Below, piece after piece: positions 47,330 to 50,356 of a stretch of 50,356 bases of DNA. The notes beneath the pieces were generated by a model. It was not told the origin of the DNA. It did not search any database and saw only the letters and a program-made list of their open reading frames with translations. The stretch lies in the IMG/VR virus record IMGVR_UViG_3300032280_000468, positions 1 through 50,356 of that record; one strand, written 5' to 3'. The translations under genes and the position numbers were made by a program. Positions within the stretch are counted from its first letter, which is position 1. Each line of letters begins with the position of its first letter. The stretch comes from a virus (lineage: Duplodnaviria > Caudoviricetes).

Positions 47330-48520
47330 TCATCTCTAGCTGGGGCAATCTCTAAATTGGCAAGGCCTTTTGGTTGTTCCTATGGTGTTTTAGAAGGTGA
47401 TGGATTCTTCGGATCTCCCGTTAATCCAAACCCATCCGCTCCCAGATATACCTCAGTAAAGATAAACCAGAAAATTAAGGATATCATATCTAAAAATTCT
47501 GACCTCAATATCAAAAATGAGGAAGGGGGTCATGATTGGATCCACGTAGAGTTTCCTGTTGGTTTATTGACACATGTTGTCGGAATAGCAGTTGGATATA
47601 GAAGCAACATCTTGCCTAGAAAAATGGAAGACGTTGCCGAGTATTTGCAAGGATCCACTAAATTACTAAAGCCTTACTTTAGAGATTTCTCTGGAAAAAT
47701 AACCAGATGGATGAACGAAGAAAGTTCTTGGTTGATCGAAAGCGGATTTGAGGTTGACAAGAACAAGAAATTGATAAGAATCTTCGATCTTCCACCTGTT
47801 ATGAGATACGATAGCTTCATTAATAAGCTAGATGATAGATTGGACAGATCTGGACATGATTATCGAATAGAGAACAGATCCCAAAGTAAATGTGATCTAA
47901 TAGTTTCCTTCAGAGGAATGAATCCGGATACTTTTGAAGAAGTAGTTGCCTCCGTTTCTAAATTAACTAAGATTATAGTTAAGGAGGATGTTATCTTTGT
48001 AAAGGATGGAAATGTGATGGAATTTCCTTCGGTAAAGGATTATCTGGATCATTTTAAAGTTCACCTCGAGCTTGTTAGATTAAGAAGAATAATAAGAGAC
48101 GAGCAAGACTTTTCTAGAGAGCTGGCTTTCTTAGAGGCTAAACTGAAGTTCCTGAATTTTATGATAGCTAAGAAGAGAAGCAATAACGAAATCGTCGATT
48201 TCGTTTCTCAGTTCGAAAACTGGATAGCTACAAGGCTCCAAAAAATAGAAATTGTTAAGCTCAGCGTTGAACACATAAAGCAAACAGAGGAAGACATAAA
48301 GGAGATAAAGAAGAAAATAGCTCAGCTTAAAAAGGACATAAAGGAGCAGGAGAAAAAATACAATAAGGTAGTTAAGGAGCTCAGCAAAATATCAAAAACA
48401 AAACAGACCAAAATAGCCAACGGACTTTTCGAAGAAAGCCAAATTAATGGGATAGAAATATTCCAAGTTGAGGAGGAAGAAGAAAAAGTTGATGAAATAG
48501 ATCAAGAAGATGAAATTTAA
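47213..48520 (+). CDS. gp52: Split intein C-half (39 aa) + topoisomerase II gp52/GyrA-like C-extein
   Basis: After HN: SSLAGAI..LARPF...GDGFFGS...SAPRYT (catalytic Tyr), GIAVGY; coiled-coil C-gate region. Confidence 0.9.
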   Translation: MRIKSIKKITLDSPKPFYDITVERYSNFSIGESNIISHNSSLAGAISKLARPFGCSYGVLEGDGFFGSPVNPNPSAPRYTSVKINQKIKDIISKNSDLNIKNEEGGHDWIHVEFPVGLLTHVVGIAVGYRSNILPRKMEDVAEYLQGSTKLLKPYFRDFSGKITRWMNEESSWLIESGFEVDKNKKLIRIFDLPPVMRYDSFINKLDDRLDRSGHDYRIENRSQSKCDLIVSFRGMNPDTFEEVVASVSKLTKIIVKEDVIFVKDGNVMEFPSVKDYLDHFKVHLELVRLRRIIRDEQDFSRELAFLEAKLKFLNFMIAKKRSNNEIVDFVSQFENWIATRLQKIEIVKLSVEHIKQTEEDIKEIKKKIAQLKKDIKEQEKKYNKVVKELSKISKTKQTKIANGLFEESQINGIEIFQVEEEEEKVDEIDQEDEI

Positions 48521-48556
48521 AAAAGAAACAGCAGTAGAACTTAGAAAAGATAAAAT

Positions 48557-49321
48557 ATGAGACTTAGAATCACGAGCACAGGAAATCTAATTACTCTACT
48601 AAGAAGATTAAAAACAGTAGAGAAGAGCGTTATCCTAGAATTAAGACCGGAAGGAATTTTTTGTAAAGTTCACACACCGGATAAATCAGTAATGAAATAT
48701 TCATCGGTTAGATTCGATGATGTATTAGAGGGAGAAATCGACTGGAAGAAGATTAAGTGTGATCGAATAAAAATAGGAATTATCGATGTTACCCGATTGA
48801 TTGATGCTTTCAAGCACTTCCGACCAGAAGAGGAGATCTTTATGGAAATCGAGACTGATACCATGGATGGGTCTTGCGTATCTACTGAAATCAAATTGAT
48901 TTCTGCATCTCTTAGCATTAGACTAAAATGTGCTGATCTTTCTCTCCTTTCATATGTAGAAGATAGCATTTTAGACCTAGTACATAGCAAGGAAAATTCT
49001 CTTATGAGATTCAAGATCTATCAATCAGATTTTACCACGATCACTTCTCTTTGTGGATTGGAAACAAACTCTGAGGAGATTCTATGTTTTGACGTAAAAG
49101 AAACCAATGTTTATGCGGTAGGTGATTCTTTTAATTATAAACTGAATATCGGTGCTTCCGAAATAATTTTAGAAGACGGTGAGAGCTTAACTAATATCTA
49201 CAAGAAAGAATTGTCATACATGGAACCAGAAACTTGCGAGGTGTATGTACACGATAATAGAATGGTGATGATATCAGAGCAATCTGCTACTTCTATAGCT
49301 ATGGGATTGGTTGAGAAATAG
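48557..49321 (+). CDS. Probable DNA sliding clamp (gp45/PCNA-like)
   Basis: 254 aa acidic alpha/beta two-domain pattern; N-terminus (LITLLRRLKTVEKSVILELRPEGIFCKVHTPDKSVMKY) resembles the clamp fold; replication context. Confidence 0.55.
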   Translation: MRLRITSTGNLITLLRRLKTVEKSVILELRPEGIFCKVHTPDKSVMKYSSVRFDDVLEGEIDWKKIKCDRIKIGIIDVTRLIDAFKHFRPEEEIFMEIETDTMDGSCVSTEIKLISASLSIRLKCADLSLLSYVEDSILDLVHSKENSLMRFKIYQSDFTTITSLCGLETNSEEILCFDVKETNVYAVGDSFNYKLNIGASEIILEDGESLTNIYKKELSYMEPETCEVYVHDNRMVMISEQSATSIAMGLVEK

Positions 49322-49345
49322 AAACAGAATAAAGTTTTATTTATT

Positions 49346-49376
49346 AAAGGATTGGTTTTAAAGCCGATCCTTTTTT
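49346..49376. terminator. Terminator hairpin at the convergent gene junction
   Basis: AAAGGATTGGTT-loop-AGCCGATCCTTT followed by a T-run. Confidence 0.65.
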
Positions 49377-50356
49377 GATTCCCATTGGAATCTATATGTT
49401 CCACAATCATAAATCCTTAAGAATCCCCTTTCGTTCATAATCTCTCTCTCGCTCTTATTTAAATCAAATCCCTGTGATACTAAAACATCTTTACGATATT
49501 TATATCGGTTCTCTCTTAGCCCATTTTTTACATAATGATAGTTTGGCCTAGTTTTAGATTCTAATACAAGTCCTAGTTTTTTGTAAAATTCACCATTAGA
49601 CCATCTTCGATCACAATAAGATATAATTAATAAGGGATCGTAAGTTTCAATAAAGTGATTTAGTAACTTAGATGCTCCTCCTATAACGGTCGTATTAATT
49701 CTGCTGCAAAATCTAATTAATTCCCAATGTCTCTCCTTAGATTTAGATCCCAGACTTCTTCTAAGACCGCCAAATGTCATTATAGACATTAATTGATTTT
49801 CTTGATATAACCCTAGGCTAATTTCAGATCCAGTGTTACCCTGAATGTGGTTTTCTTTAATGAAATTAGAAGATTCTATTTTACCAACTTCTCTAATGTC
49901 GCATTTTCTTGCATATACCTTTATCTCATTTAATCCTAAAATGGACGAAAGTCTTGACTCCACTAGACCCGGTGTTTCTATAATTTCATCTTCTGTGATC
50001 TGTATTAGGGTCACTCCTTTTTTAAGGGCTAGCTCTGTTTTTTCCAGATGATAGGTATTATGCTTAAATTTATCAGAATGCCAATATAGACCATTTACCT
50101 CTATTCCGATTTTTAATCTCTCGATGTAAAAGTCAATTTCCTTCCCATCTAATATTTTTCTTTCCCCTTCTTCAAACCCTATACCTCTGTCATTCAGATA
50201 GCCCCTGATGAATCCTTGTAATGCAGTATCTTTTGAACTTCCAATTGGATTGCATAGCGTACATATTTCTGTCGTTGAACTAGCTTTGGTTCTCTGATGA
50301 AGGTTCCATTTCGATATAGAAAAAACTTCGTTGCAATTATTACACTTTATTCTTAC
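49358..50356 (-). CDS. Hef-like homing endonuclease (zinc finger + Vsr-like PD-(D/E)xK nuclease + GNAT-like C-terminal domain), 5' end beyond the window
   Basis: Frame is open to the window edge: CNNC...CTLC, EIDFYI..LKIGIEVNGLYWHS, HLEKT, then YARKC...NHIQG...WELIRFC...GGASKL...ISYCDRRWS.G..Y..LG. Confidence 0.75.
   Translation of the reverse strand, partial: VRIKCNNCNEVFSISKWNLHQRTKASSTTEICTLCNPIGSSKDTALQGFIRGYLNDRGIGFEEGERKILDGKEIDFYIERLKIGIEVNGLYWHSDKFKHNTYHLEKTELALKKGVTLIQITEDEIIETPGLVESRLSSILGLNEIKVYARKCDIREVGKIESSNFIKENHIQGNTGSEISLGLYQENQLMSIMTFGGLRRSLGSKSKERHWELIRFCSRINTTVIGGASKLLNHFIETYDPLLIISYCDRRWSNGEFYKKLGLVLESKTRPNYHYVKNGLRENRYKYRKDVLVSQGFDLNKSEREIMNERGFLRIYDCGTYRFQWESKKDRL

Noticed and set aside
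922-49410. Many short antisense or off-frame ORFs in the track (e.g. 1300-1602, 30806-31309, 32908-33312, 41638-42150)
   Set aside because: They are shadows of confident + strand genes, with no recognisable motifs.
1-50356. Alternative genetic code as in Lak or crAss-like phages
   Set aside because: Coding density is near complete with code 11 and conserved enzymes are uninterrupted.
1-50356. CRISPR array, tRNA, rRNA or group I intron
   Set aside because: No spaced direct repeats or cloverleaf signatures were seen by eye, and all intergenic gaps are under about 160 nt.

Overview
AT-rich, densely coding, almost entirely + strand segment of a large (probably jumbo) T4-like dsDNA tailed phage using the standard genetic code. 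The host is most likely a Bacteroidota bacterium (A-rich Shine-Dalgarno-free starts, Hc1/histone-H1-like gene, DUF4494-like gene, short-LID Adk). 1-18 kb: virion structural block with two giant proteins, three tandem paralogous collagen-bearing fibre proteins, a membrane-anchored spanin-like protein and a tail-tube-like protein. 18-23.5 kb: RuvC-like resolvase, gp32 SSB, gp61 primase, UvsY, UvsW. 23.5-33 kb: small/medium proteins with T4-type capsid-targeting-like peptides, including a Pol-beta nucleotidyltransferase and a ligase-like/HIGH nucleotidyltransferase fusion, plus Hsp20, a GIY-YIG nuclease and an MBD4-like glycosylase. 33-50 kb: N-terminal half only of a family B DNA polymerase, dUTPase/dCTPase, NrdB/NrdA, Adk, GT2-TPR glycosyltransferase, topoisomerase II B subunit, UvdE, DnaJ, a topoisomerase II A subunit fractured by a natural split intein, a probable sliding clamp and a Hef-like endonuclease running off the right edge. 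Main highlights: the trans-splicing split intein with an endonuclease relic between its halves; a candidate capsid-packaged enzyme kit tied to a GATATATA late-promoter motif; a split polymerase; a candidate heterotrimeric collagen fibre; and a candidate virion glycosylation system. All functional calls come from motif recognition by eye; no searches were run.
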